Shown: in pieces, positions 37,301 through 51,973 of the stretch
Layout of the letters: each line of letters starts with the position of its first letter
Position numbering within the stretch: the first letter of the stretch is position 1
Position numbers and translations under genes: made by a program
Source of the DNA: Orbicella franksi
Lineage: Eukaryota
Direction of reading: 5' to 3'
NCBI GenBank assembly: GCA_964199315.1
Contig: OZ116699.1
Location: forward strand, 26,598,001 to 26,662,000
DNA: 64,000 nucleotides
The notes under the pieces: generated by a model
Seen by the model: the letters and a program-made list of their open reading frames with translations, nothing else
What the model was told of the DNA's origin: nothing
Databases searched by the model: none

Positions 37301-40300
37301 TAGTTGCTTAATGTGACCTTATGACTGTCCAAGTTCCACCTCAGATTGCAATGTAACCACTTACGCTTCTTTCCTACTTTTGTAACAGAGATGCCATACC
37401 CAGGCCTTATTCGCGAAGTGTGGAAAGAGCTGCCCGGAAAATCAATCAACAAACTCAAAGACGATCCCTACTACCCTAACGACCCCTCGCTTATTGAGAT
37501 CATTGAAAACTTCGACGCTCCTTTTGACATTGACAAAGACTACGGTAGTAGGGTGAAAGGATACTTCGTGGCTCCGGAAACTGGGAACTACACTTTCTAC
37601 ATGTCCGGGTCACAGAGCGGTGAACTGTGGATGAGTAGTACAGAGAGCCAGCAAAACCTGACTAAACTGATTTCTCTAGATCAAGCAACCGGTCACAACC
37701 AGTGGAACAAGTAAGTTGTGTTACTATAAATCGATTTTAAATTGAGTGTCGAAAGTAATCAGGCAATTACTTTGGTTTTGGTTTTACTACGGTTTGAGAT
37801 TGGCTGAGTAGTCTGATTGGTAAGAGATTGGTTTGATTTGGTTTTACGACACTCAATTGAAAACCGCTCTATTTGCACTTCACTCCCTATAATTATATCA
37901 ATGACGTGTGGTAGTGGCAAGGGCAAATTGAAGAAGGAACTTTCAAGTAGGGCTTCTAATGAGAATATCCAAATTCGAGATGCAACGATGCAATCAAGCT
38001 ATCAGCAAGGGTGTTTTTTTTGTTTGTTTGTTTTTTTTGTAAGAAAACCACGGTCACCTTTTCAAAGCAAGAGCAACAAGAAGCCTTAATCAATAAGGCA
38101 ATGAGAACCTTAATCAACAAATTTTGTCTCCTTTTTTTTTTTTTGCGCTTTCCATAGATATGCCGGCCAAAGCTCCAAATCTGTTACATTAGAGGCTGGT
38201 AAATATTACTACGTCGTTGGACTACAGAAGGGCACAGAGTCAACCGACTCACTCTCCGCTGGGGTACGTTTGCCCAGCGGTCGCTTCATGAGACCTATCA
38301 CGAAAGAAATATTACAGTGGAGAATGCCGGGTAAGAAAGAATAAATACAGATTGTCATTTATTCACGGTGTAAATAGCGTCACGAATTGTAAGATTTTAA
38401 TAAAGTGGAAAGGGGATAACAGAGGCTGTATGCTAGTATGTACCGACAGACAAGAAAGATAATTTTAGATTACAATTCTGCATGTTTCACTTATGCAGGT
38501 GAATTATTCGGACTGGTATGTACCTAATTCAGATGGTTCATGTTTTGTTCTTTTTATTGAACTACAATTCTCTATTCAAGTTTTCTAACTTTAGACGAAT
38601 TTTTGTAACATTATTGGAAATCCATTAAGTACGCTTCGGCTTTTTTCAAAATTCACAAAAAAAGAAAATTCTGCACATTTTCGATCATTGCATAAATCAG
38701 AAATGAACGAAGAGATCGAAAATTTTCACTTACAGCATACAAGATAAGATTCATTTAATTACTTAAAACAGACTGTGTAAACTACTTTTGTACCATGTAG
38801 ACAGTTGGTAACCAATTTTGTTTTTTTCTTCTCGAGGTGATCCATTCGCTGGTGTAATCCGTGAAGTTTGGCAAGACATCCCTGGCTACAGAATAATGGA
38901 TCTCACTTCTAATCCAAACTTCCCAAACAACCCATCAAGTATTGAGGTGTTGGACAAATTCGACGCACCACATAATGTTGACGATAATTACGGCTCAAGA
39001 ATACGAGGTTTCTTCAAGGCGCCAGAGAGTGGACTATACAGGTGAGCAGTAATCCTAATTGAGTTACTAATAGCAACAACAATGATAATTTTGTTACCTT
39101 TTTTGACAAATATAACCTTTCAAGTTTTTAAACAAATAAAATTTTCTCGAAAAAATGTGAACAAATTTTCATAAGTAAATTGTCAAACAAAGAGTTCAAT
39201 AATATAATATAACTCTAGGCCAACGTTATACTCTATCCCCCTATTCGTTTTTGTTTATTGGACACAAGAGATCGTTTAAAGGCAGGGTTTTCTTGGAATA
39301 GATGCTTAATGTCTGATGAATGAGACTATCGGTGCATCGTGAACAAAACTTATGTGTACACATATTTCCGAAAATAGCTACGTCGTTACCAGTGGAATTA
39401 CATTCAGATTTTGTCAATTAAACGTTAAGGGGGAAAGGTATCTTTTTTTAATGATGCTGTCAGTTGTCTAAGCTATTTATCTTTTCCCAGGTTTTTCCTG
39501 GCTGCCGACACCACTGGAGAATTGTGGCTCAGTTCAGACGAGACAGAGAAGAACTTGAAGAAAGTTGTGGCAATAAATGGTTGGACAGCTCATAACGAAT
39601 GGCTCAAGTAAGTCATATCAAGCAATTACTATAAATATCTGTAAAGTTTCGTCACGCTTCATAGTAAAAGTTCCTGGCGAGTGTCAAATCTTGACCTAAT
39701 AGTTAGGGCAGGCGCGGATCTAGGATAAATGGGGGTGGATCTCTGAAACAATGAGCGCCGAAGGCCCAAGCTTCTGTGGGAACCGGGACCATGCTCTCCT
39801 AGGAAATGCTTTGGACTTTAAAACTTAACCACAAGAACAATTTTTATTTGTACTCTCTCATACCATAATTTACCAATTGTACAAAAATATCCTGTATAAA
39901 AGTTATAGTACTGGCTGCCTGGAATAACCATAGGGGCTAGCGGAGCCAGGCAGCCAGGTGACATCAGTGTTAAATGAAAATATATTGCAGGGCAGGAAGA
40001 TAGCAGAAAGGCACACATAAAAAGAAAGAAAAAAAAAAGAGAGAGAAAAAAACGCTATTACTACGCTATTAAGGAAGTCTGAAATAAATAAATTTATGTA
40101 TGAGTATATAAGAAAAGCACACAATTAACAGCTATGATAACCAATAACACATAATAATAACCCTAAAGTCCCCTTTCTTTGGTTTCTGAGTCATTCTCAT
40201 AAATATGTGCTCGAAACGGGTATAGATCAGCACCTGCTGTGTTTTGCGTGTGTTAACGTTGCGGTGCTTGACTTACACCTAACGGTGCCTGTCTCTCGAT

Positions 40301-43300
40301 CTCTCCGATTATAACTGTTTGATGCAAACTGGCATAAAATGTATGCTGCGAGGGACTGGTATCAAGGGGGATAGCAATCTCCGCTTTATGATTAGTTTTG
40401 ATGCAAAAACCGGAAGGTTCAATCCCAGAATTTCTGAGCATCTGGTTCTCATTACAGAAAGACAGTTTCGTATTATAAAATAACAAATCTGCAAAACAAA
40501 ACCTGATCTGACTCAGTTATGTTTGAAGCTGTTCGATTCTGCAGGAGGTAAGGAAGGAAATTATTTTCCTTTTTCGCTTTTCATTTTGTGACTAAAATCA
40601 AAAGCTTTGTAGGTCAACCAAACTTAATTCGTCATGTATGTCTTTTCCTTCATATTCAGGAGCTTATAAAACCAATTGTGCTGAAATTAGAGATTTTAAT
40701 GACTAAACTGAAAGGATTTTTTAAGTTTAATACATCGGAAGGAGAAAGTTAGAAATAACAAACAGTAATGCCTGCATAATTAGTTCGATTAATTCAGTAA
40801 CTATGGTAACGGTATCTTACAAGCTACCGTAATTTCTTATCTAATCCACTCGTCCACTTTGTGTCTTCCCACGCACGATCAACAAACAAATTAGACGAAA
40901 GACTCGTATATCTGAAAGGCTCCTTCTACAATATCAAAATTGATCTCATTCTGTAAAGAAAAGAAGAAATCTTTTTTGCTGTAAGAGAACCAGTTCAGGG
41001 TCTCTCAGTCATAAAACCAAAATGATCTTTAAATTTAAAAAAAAAAAATGCGCACTTAACAAAAAATGATAAGACTTTTACTATCTATAAATTAAAAGAG
41101 CTTTTATTTTAGTTTTTGCTGAAATGGCTTCACATTTATCAGTGCACAGTTCATTAAAAGCGACTTGAATGTCCAAATTTCAAATACGTTTGCTCTGAGA
41201 ATGAAAGAAAAACAAACGTTTTGATCGAAAAGGAAACTGCAGGTCTAAAAATATGTTCTCTCGCCAACAAAAATAATTGACAATCCTCTTCACAAAAATA
41301 AAAATATCACGACTGTGTCAATTTTGTTTGCTTGCAAACAATGAACGCTGTGAAAGATATTGGCACACAGGTCAATATGCCTAAATATCGCCTTTTGGCT
41401 TTGAAATTTATGGAACTACAAAAAAACACCGTTTGAGTGAATGTTAATTAGGTATTCTATGTGCCACAAAGATGTGATGGCGAGCTGTTGTTTCTATTTT
41501 TACGGAAGTTGATCACAATGTTTTTCTAATCCTGTTTTTGTCCGACCACCTCGTAAACGATATAGGTACGAAACAAACTTAGAATCGCATCTCCGCTAAA
41601 ACTTCAAACGAAAACCGCTAAACCGTAATTATTAGTGTTTTAGTTTTCCTTTTTGATTTTAAGCAGTTTCCTTAGCGTCACTTCGTCTTTGAACATGAAA
41701 CCAAAAAACCTTGAATGGTTATTTCTTTTACTCGAACAGATATTTTCCAAAATACTATGTACTCCCGTCTGGCGGGAAATGGATTTCTGCCCAATTTTGC
41801 TATAATGTGATCACAAAAAGCATTTGTTCTGCCGCCTTTTCGTTAAGATTAATTGATTCACAATGGAAACACATTTGAAAATATCCTGCAGTGGAAACAC
41901 AATGTAAGTCCATTAAATTTGCGTTTTCGTGATTATGTATTTTTCTCCGGTTGTGCATGTTTTTTTTTCTAATACACAACACAAGCACCTGCAATGGCAT
42001 ATTTCTAAATTTGCATATCGAGGAGGATAAAGAGTTATTTCCTTTCGCTTCAATTAGTTTTGTTCCTCGAATTAAAAAAAAAATAGTACAACTCTTGGAA
42101 TTTTCTTCGAAAAATGCAGGACTACCAGGCGATCAGTGTGAAGAAACAGAATAGCAAAATTCTGTTAAATCTCACTGTCATTTAACTTTGTCTTCAAGGT
42201 TCTGTAGTGTTCGTCCCGTGCATTATTCACGTTTCCGTTGAAACGATATCCCAAAATTCAATCGAAATGACTGAACGCCAAATCTGAGAACATTCAGTCA
42301 AGTCAAATTCAGATTCAGCTGAAAGAAACTAAATTTCAGAACCTAAATTTCAGGTGAATTCAATGTTACGTAATGCAATGTAATCTTGAGGATCTATGCA
42401 ACAATTTTGAATTAGTGACTTGTATCGCGAGCGTCCTGGATCTTCTGTATTTCTCCATCACTTGCTAAGGAGTAGAAGGAGGTGTAAAATCGATCTCTGA
42501 AGGCGAACAAGAAGAAAGAATGTCCGGGGGTGGCTGCGTGAGCGTAAGCGCACCACCAATGATTGAATCCAAGGACTCGACACTTAAAGACAGTGACGGT
42601 GATAAAGCAAAAATTGCGTTTTTATCGATAGGTGCGAGTTTCAGTGTAGGATATGTGGCTTGTAGCTCAGGCCTTGATAGTTTCACAGGATGGCTCTTGA
42701 TAGCTTTCCTTGTGTGTCTGGGGAATAGCTCCATAGGGCAAATCCTCAGGCTATTTTCCCGCTGAAAACTTGGTTTATTCTCGCTTATGTTTAGATCGAC
42801 TATCCGTAATGACTGTAAGAGCCTTTGACTGCTTCTCGAGTTAGCGGCAGCTCCAGCAAACTTCACAGTGCCATGAAAGTTGACCTTTTTCGCCGCAAAT
42901 GAGTTAAATGGTGATGTGTTGCTATCAAAATTGTTACTTGAGGAAGTGCAAAGATTAGCATGAGAATAACATCTTTTGCACATGCTGAAGGATTCTCTCT
43001 TAACACTTATACGGGGCAGACGAAATGCCTTCTTTTCTTGCTTTAGGGTTGTCTTGGTTTCTTGCTGACTTCGATCGCGGAAGGACGTTTCTGTTTTTCT
43101 CTGTCTTTCATACTGATAATTATTTGTTATTGCTGGAAAACATTTCTCTTCTTCTTGGCTCGCTCGCGTATAGAACTTTTTCCCTCCTGCGTAACGAGAG
43201 TTGAGTTTCCTTACATCCATATCCATTAGCTTTTCTTCAATAAGAAATTAAAACTGAATCAACATTTCGTGAGAAATATTCATGCTCGATGCGAGTCAAT

Positions 43301-46300
43301 TTTCTTTTCGCATGTGAGCCTGCTGTTATCTCAATGTAGGGACATGTACTGTTTACCTTTTGTTTTTCTTATTTGCTTTCTAGATAAATATAGTTGACAA
43401 ATCTTAAACGTCATTCGTTACCATTTATCACACATGAAAAACCTCGATAAGGACCCAATAGGTTAATGAGATGCTAAGTATGTTTTAGTAGTAAATTTTG
43501 TGACCGTATGCTGAGAAACATGCTTGCTGATATCGCTTGTTACCTAGAAACCAGAATCTGACCTACAAAATAGCATTCATCTGAGAACAAAAGACAAAAA
43601 ATATCAAAAAAAAATAAACTGCAGTATTTACCTTTTCGATTGGCGGCAGAAGTGGGGATTCAAAGCTGCAAAGGTTCTTCAATATGAATTAATCCTTGCA
43701 GCCATTAAATTACAAGTTTGGTTGTTACCGGAGAAAATAGATCATTTCACTCAGAACGAAAAGAGTGGCGCCGTCACATTTCAAGAGAAATGACCCGATC
43801 TGTAATTTACTTAGTGCAGTCTCATGTTTGCTAGCGAATATGTGTTTTCCTTAAGAGAAAGACAATCAGTAAGTCTAGAAAAAGGTTTTCCGAAGAAATA
43901 TCTTAGTAAGTTAAAAACGGTAGTTCTATATTACAACAGAAACGTTAATATTTGTCCATTAAACTGAAATTTCAAAAGTTTTTTTTTAGTTCACGCGAGA
44001 TGAAATTGTATTTGATATCTTTTGCCAAACCTTGCAACGATATTCAGGTAAATATCACTTTGACGAGAATATCATTGATGAGGAGTTTCGAAGATGTGAG
44101 ATGCAAGGGTAATTTGGACCCTTCAGCTGTGCAAACGTCGGCAATTAAGCAATTTCGGCTAGTAAACACCATTTTGTGAAACTGGATAATATTTTGGAAT
44201 ATGCGAAAATGGATTATCATAATTAGTATCGTAATATTTAATGTGAAGAAGCTATCAGATCCACTCATTTTACAAATAATTAGTTCAGTATTGGTTGACG
44301 GGTTACCATGCTATATAGGTCGTCGAAATAGCAATGACTAGGGAATAATATTGGATGTTGTTTTTTCTGAAGATTCCCGGAACAGAAGTCTGAACGTATT
44401 CACCTGAAGAAAGGTAAATATTATTACCTCGAGGCATATCAGAAGGCAGATAAGCTGGCTGACTGTGCATCAGTGGCAGTCGAACTTCCTAGTGGTCATT
44501 TTGAGGGACCAATCAAAAGAGTACATTTGAGCTGGCGGTTACCAGGTGAGTGACAGTAGACTAGGAAGATGAATATCAAGGCATAATCTATCGATCAGGA
44601 AACATCGCAACATATATCGTGCATTATCAATAATGAAAGAAAGAGGAATGATAAACTAAAGGCTATGAATGATATCAAAGAAAAATATTTTGCCAAGATA
44701 AAAGGGGAAAGCGTTAATGCTCTGTTTATGGTGTTCGAAAGATGGATGTCATTTAACCTAAAAAGCTTTCGATTAGTGGACAGTGAATGGTGAGAGAACA
44801 TTTGCACCAGTAATTAAATGCAAACAAAAATCCCTTGACGTTCTCAAATTTCAATACATTTTAAACCAACCTTAAATAAGCCCGGGACAAAGCGGCACGG
44901 GACTTTTTAGATGCGAAAGAATGTAATGTGAATAAAAAGAAATGACCAAACGAAAAACATATTGTGGTGAAAATCGCAGTGTGTAATCTGGTTATTGTAA
45001 GTTCTTATTTATGTGAATAAATGTTTCCGCAGATGGAAGAACTGGTCCTGGGCCATCTTCAGAGGAAGAAGGTTTGTACTCATTTCGCATGTGAGGATGG
45101 CATCTTGTTAAAAATTAAAAAATTAAATCACTTTATTGAGTGTCGAGGTGTTTAGCACTACTGTACTAATTGGGGACACTGAAATAAGCAAACAAATATT
45201 GAAAATTGAACATAAACTTGTTAAAAATCCCAGTTGGTGATAGGCTGACCAGCTGGCTATTTACTAATCGTGGAGTAGTTGAATCTAGCGCCACCAAACA
45301 CAGACCCATCATTCATAAAACCGATCATTTGCTTAATCTGGTGTCAGTTTTCTAGGTATGAAGTAGCTCTGGCCAGGAGATGACGTTGTCAGTCAAAATG
45401 TGTATGATTGTTTGCCACTGGCTCGAACATTTTTCAGTATTCGACACCGTCACGGTTATTCCGAATGATGTGAATATAAAGGATTGAACGACTTCTCGCG
45501 TGGCATTTTTATATATATCATTCAGTCGGACTAATGGAATCGTTATCAAGAGAGCTCTCTTTTTACAAGTCATCTTAGAATTGGACAACCTTACGACACT
45601 AAGAGGAGAGCAATTAAGTGAAAAAAGATAGTAAGAGCTGTCTCAGTGCTGTTTGTCGTTATTTTTGCAGCTATACCCAAGCCAGTTGGTTTGTATCCAC
45701 TAAACAAAGCATTTGGTGCTAAGGATGCAGGACCTAACCACGAAAATGGAGTACTCAGTAATGTGGACCTCAGCACGGGCCCTGATGGTAAGGGTTATTC
45801 TTCAACTTAATTATAGTGTTATTGGTAACAATGGTCCAAGCAGCTGTGACTTTGATGAATGTTTGGTCGTGTTCGATATACACCTGGATTATCCCAAGAG
45901 TAGAACTGTAACAGTTTGAATAAAGATGTGCAGTCCTTTTGAGCAGTACACAAGGCTGCAGCAAGGAAAGGTTTGATACCAACGGACTGTTAGTTACTTC
46001 CAGTGCTGTCTAAGATGTGTTTTCTTGTTGTGAAACTAAACGAGCAAGCTTACTATTGAAAGGTTTTTGCGCTTTTTTAATTTCTTCCATCATTAGGTCA
46101 CATACTGAACCCGAAACTAACGAGCATAAATCGTTGTTTTCTTGATATTTACATAATTGTGTCAAAGGAGCTACGTCACGGTTTGCGTATCTTTGAAATT
46201 TATGCCTCAGTTTTTCAAGTTCGTCGTTTGTAATGAACGAGGATCTTCTCCATCCTTAGCTATCCTTGTTCCTTTATGGTTTACTGTTATATCTTTGGTA

Positions 46301-49300
46301 GTTTTCTTATTTAGTAAACTACTATTTTCAGGTTTCCTTCAATTTAAATGTAATTTTGTGCGAGTCCAAAATAACTCAAAATACTGTGACTGAGCCCCTT
46401 TAAGAGTTCTACTTACTGTTAAACAGTTTAATATGTAACCATTTTCAAAGGCAAAATTTTCAAGAGTTGATATTGACAATACACTCTTCTTGCTGAACAG
46501 ACAATGAAGATGAAGCCTTCGAATTCAAAGGTACGGCAGATTCATTTGTGGAGATTCCCAATGACGGCAAGCTGGACACACAGAACTCCATGACAATCCT
46601 CGCTAACGTCTACCCCACCGGTAGTGGGGGACCCATCTTAAATTACAAAACACATGGTTGGGGAGTCCATCTTTGGCAGTTTGAGTCCACTGAGCTATTT
46701 GTGCGATTTGTGCATCGTAATGGAGTTTTCCATAAGCCAATTGCGTCGAGGGTGTTACAGGTACGCGGTCGCAATCTTGCATCTTTCCACAATTTGGGGA
46801 TACTGCAGGGTCACTTTTCTTTCCCTGAAGTTCTTTACGCGTATAAAGTTTTTGAAGCTCAGAGTGCTAAAGGGCCAAGACCATGAGTAAATCTCTAGTC
46901 TCAAAAAAGTGCACAGGCAGTTGTTTTATTATTATTTCAAAAAACTGATTAGGATTAATTTCGATTCCTGATGGCTGCGATGAAAAGAGAAGTTACAAGA
47001 CCTGAGATGCTACAAAATGATTCGTAAAAGCTCGTAACCAGCTGCGCAATGAAGCACATAATTTCTTCCCGGTCTTAAGAAAAAAAAAGAGTTTAAGAAT
47101 GTCTTCGTTTCAGGAGCTTTGTTTAAAGATGTCAAACAATCATAAGCGCAAAATGAACCTGATATGCATACACAGTAACAAAAACCGCTGATAAGATGAC
47201 TAATGATAAATATATTGCCTCTGCGACTCTACGTTTATAAATTGCGTTTATATGCTTTTTCTCTACTGTGAACGCAAGAGACATGCTGAATGAGATCTTT
47301 TGTTTTTTCCTACAAGCTGAACGAGTGGAATCAGGTCGGTGCAACATACGACAACACTACTGGTGTAGCGCAACTTTGGCACAATGGTAAGATGGTAAAG
47401 AGTCGTAATATCGGTCAGATTAAACTTGCTACCCAGTATCCAATCAGGATCGGTGCCAGGGATGGAGACGAGAGGAGGTTCACTGGAAAGATTTCATGCT
47501 TACAAATTTACAACAAAGCATTGGACGAGCAACAGATTGGAAACCTTAAGAGTTGTCCTGTCAAAGGTATGACACCCATAACTTTACTCATTTGTCATTA
47601 AGACAGCTAAATGTTTGGAAAAGGTAGTACCTAAAAAGCTTTATGTACAAGAAATTCTTGCGACTTTTTGATCCCGAATGAGCGTGAAAGCTGAGAGTGA
47701 AGAATAATGAGAGAAGCAGGCTATGATCAAATTTAAGATAAGATTAGAAGTTTTCCCCTTTTTTCAATGTTGGAGCAGCCATTTTTTTCCTGCAAGAACT
47801 GCTGTAATCTCCATCATGATGTACCTATAAATTAATCGTCTATAACGCCTATATATTTCCCAGGCCAGGATTTTTCTATAATCCAACCAAGAATAATCCT
47901 TACAACGATTTTAATTAATCCTACTAATAAGCTTGAAATTCAACGCCAAATAACACAGAACATTTGTTTTTTGTTTCCGCACGCAGCAAAGATCTTAAAT
48001 GATGACGAGCTGGACTCGGGTGATGGCTCAGCCTCAGGAGACTGGGACGTTCATGATTTAGATTGTGAGTTAATTTCCTGTATAATGCATAAACAGACAT
48101 TCTTATCTCGCCTCTCGTTTCAGTGACGTCGTTGTTCTTTTTTGAGCGTTCCTCATTACCTAAACCGTTGGTGCGTCTAAAAGACCAACCTGGAACTAGA
48201 CAACAGTTAATTCCGGGCCGAAAACGTGACAACATGACTTTAATACGCCGTTATGTTGTCACGTAAAAAACCACCATTATACAGCTCTCCAAATATTCTT
48301 TCTAATTAATTTGCTGTGAAAAGGTCTTCTGTGGTTTCTCGCTAACCTTTGTCTTGTTAATCCTTTTTGCTAGCCCTTAATAGTTATTTTGGATAGCCCG
48401 TAAGCCCTTTTAACTTTTTGGATTATTTAGTTAAAATTTTGTAGTAAAAGTGGGATATAAAGAAAGTTGTTGTTGTTGTGCAGAATCAATAGCTTCTCAG
48501 TTACATTTTATTTGCAGCAAGTGCCGTGGATATTTCACACAATGCCGGTAAATATGACAAGGACGAAGAGGCTGATGACGAGATTCAGGGTTAGTAACAA
48601 AAGCAATAAAGCAAGGTCGACTGGAAAGATCACTTGGATATATTATTCAAGAGAATAGCTTTCACTACTTTGAGTGATCTTACCACACAAAAAGACTTGT
48701 CTTAAAACATAATTAAACATAATGGCATTAAGTAGCAGAAGACAGATCTAGAGGATACTAGAGGTGGCTTTGGCCTCTAGAGCCACGGACAATTATAGAA
48801 ATGGACTGTCAGGAACGTTACTTAATTTCATCAGTTAGATCAACAGCGAGCCAAGTCTTGAGTCAATGTATATGATATTTTCTCTTAATATGAAATATTT
48901 CATTAACATTTTTTGGCGTTAAGTTATAGCCAGAAATATACATTTACTCGCCAAGATTGAAGCAGGTCATAAAAAGCGAATTTGAAGGAGGGTTTCACTG
49001 GGCAGCGATCTCATCCTTTTAACTACTTGAGAAAGTTGCAAAACTTGCAGGGAGTACTGAAAAACAGCGCACAAGGGCAGTAACTAAGAAGAGACGGACT
49101 GAGTATAACCTACCTCTTCACGAAAGAACCTTATTATACAACATGTAAACTGAGTTAATAACATTCTTTTTATATCTTTACAGGATCAGAGTCCACTTCA
49201 GGTAAGAGTTATCTTAACCGTCTCTAAGACGAGGATCGCAGGAGATTTAAAAGACTCTTGCGCAGAGAGTCAGCCTATCAAAACACCATTAATAGAAAAT

Positions 49301-51936
49301 ACCCAGACAAAAATAAAATTTTGTTTAGACTTAATTATAAATGAGAGTTAAAAAAAATTGCAGGGAACAAGTGCGACCCAGAACCATGTGAAAATGGCGC
49401 CAAGTGCATCCGGGATAATAAGAGGATGGATGGCTACCGATGCAAATGCACTTCTGATTTTACAGGACGGAACTGTCAAGGTAATTGCCTGCATACTTTT
49501 AAATTTTACTGAAAGCATTACAACATTTAAAACCTTGAAAAAGGCGCCCTCTTTTGAATTCTCCAAAAAAGCAGTTTCCTCTCCCCTCCGCTAAAAGAAT
49601 CACGTGCACAACAAGAAAAACATGTCAGATGTTCAGAGAAAATATACCGAAACAAATTTGTGGATCTTCGAATCTTTAATTTTAAAGTGAGTTCCATTGT
49701 AAAGATAAGTAATGAATGGTTGTCCAAAGTGTTAACGTAATTTAACAAGAGTTTGAGTAACCTGGGCAATACCTTTTATTGAGGCGTTCTTTGTAAAAGA
49801 ACGCCTCAATTGCACGCCTGTATTGTAAAGAAGAGCATACAAGTCGTGAGATAATATTATTGAAAGAGGAATACAAACTAAGGTGTTGATTTCGGTGTTT
49901 AATTCCAGTTTCCAAGCCAGATGCTGAGAATCCTATCGTAAAGAAGGCAAAAATTCCTAAACCTGAACTGAAGATCGGAAATGAGGATTATCAAAAGAAT
50001 GCCAGTGCCTTAAATCTGATTGGTGAGTTTTCCATTCCTTTTTTTAAACTTTGAAGTTGGGAAATCCGAGATGGCATTGCGAAATAAAGGTATTTGACTA
50101 TGGAATTTTCGAGGGAACAACAAACGTTGTACACATGCGCAACTGAGGTAACGAGAAAAAAACTGTGGTGAGTCTTCTCTTGCAGATTTTAGGGAAAAAA
50201 CATTGGAAGCCATGTTGCCCCGAAAATGGTCCAACAAGCGAGTTCGAGATGAAACATACCCCTGATTTCTTCTCGATTTTAAAGTCGCTAATTGTGTTTA
50301 TATTTTAGTCAAATAATAGTGAAGTTAATAATGTCAGTAGTATTCTATGTAGTTCTCACAATTCTAGCAAATAAAGATTAATAAAGCCTTTTCTTTAAAT
50401 TCAAACAACAGAAAACCTACCAGAAGAAAAGAAAGAAGACGTGCTCTTACTTTTCCAAAAGGTCGGCTGTTACAAGGACGAGATTGTAAAACATGATCTG
50501 CCGGACAGAGCCACAGTCAAATCCGTCACTCAGGAAGACTGCGTACGATCATGCGCACTGGAAGAAAAAGGATACTCATACTTTGGACTTCAGGACGCTG
50601 ACAAGTGTTTTTGCGGGCATCGCTATGGAAAGTATGGCAAAGCAGATGAGGCTCTCTGTAACATGCCGTGCAAGGGAAATGACAAAGAGAACTGTGGTGG
50701 TAATTCTACAAATATGGTTTACTTCTTTGGTTTAGGTAAGTTTTTATTGCATCAAAAAACTGCGGCGTGGTTAGTCAACCGAAATTAATCTTATAGGGAC
50801 ACCTCCAGGGAGCTTTACCACGAAATAATCCCCAGTTTAAAAAGTGACAATGCCCCATCAATAAGACATAATGGTTTTGCCATTTTTGTTTTCTGAGCCA
50901 GTGATGATGTTCGAGTCATTTTCTGAGTCATTTCAATTTCGAGTTTCCACTCCAGCATGATACAAACTGTTTCATAGTTTTGAAATTTTCTAAGGCTCAC
51001 GTTTTTGCTGGCATGTCGTGTAACCTAACTATTCTATCTTCAGGTACTAATTACACTATAACTACTTCAACTGGTGACATCGATGGAGCTGACACAGACG
51101 CTAAGGTATACATAACCTTATATGGGGAGAAAGGCGATTCGGGATTCAGAAAACTGGACACTAAACATTTTACAAGGGGAAAGTAAGTTGATATCTCGTT
51201 TGAATGACCACAGTACAGAATAATGTGTTCATGTTTTATTGGTCATGCATTTTATATGATGTTGTTTAATCTCTCTTCTTCTTAGAAATGATACAAACAC
51301 TCTCGTATTACCTGACCTCGGTAAGCTGAGGCAAGTTAGAATTCTACACGATAACTCAGGATCAACTCCAAGCTGGTTCCTGGAAAAGGTGCGAGATTAC
51401 ACTTGTGTGGAATTCATAATTTATTCAAGAGGCCATTTCTCTGAAGAAGCAGAGAGCTGTGCTGAGACCAGAAATGCTTTTTGCACCTTCAATAGCCAAT
51501 TTACTCTATGAGACGTGCCTGCGGGGAATCGCGGTAGTTGTATTCATCATCTTAGACTGGATATTTGTTTCGATGAATACAACTACCATGATTCCATGCA
51601 GGCGCGTCTAATAGAGGGAATGGGCGATTGTTTGGATTCGAGCCAGACCACATGAATCTCATTGGTGAATCAAAGCCACGGTCATAGATATTCCAAGAAA
51701 CTAGGATATGATTGAAAAGAACCAGAAGAAAAATCCCCTCGAGTAATAGTGTCCGAACCTTTTCAATGGATCAGTCAGTCAGTTAATGACTTATTCATAC
51801 ACGTAGTGCTAAGGAGCTCGAAAGCTATTTGACAAAATTTCGTGTGCAAAAGGATACTAAACGATGTGTAATAAGAGGGAAAAAATACTAAATACTAAGA
51901 GATTAAATCTAATATGATTTATTTATTTAGTTAGTC

Positions 51937-51973
<37 letters not shown>

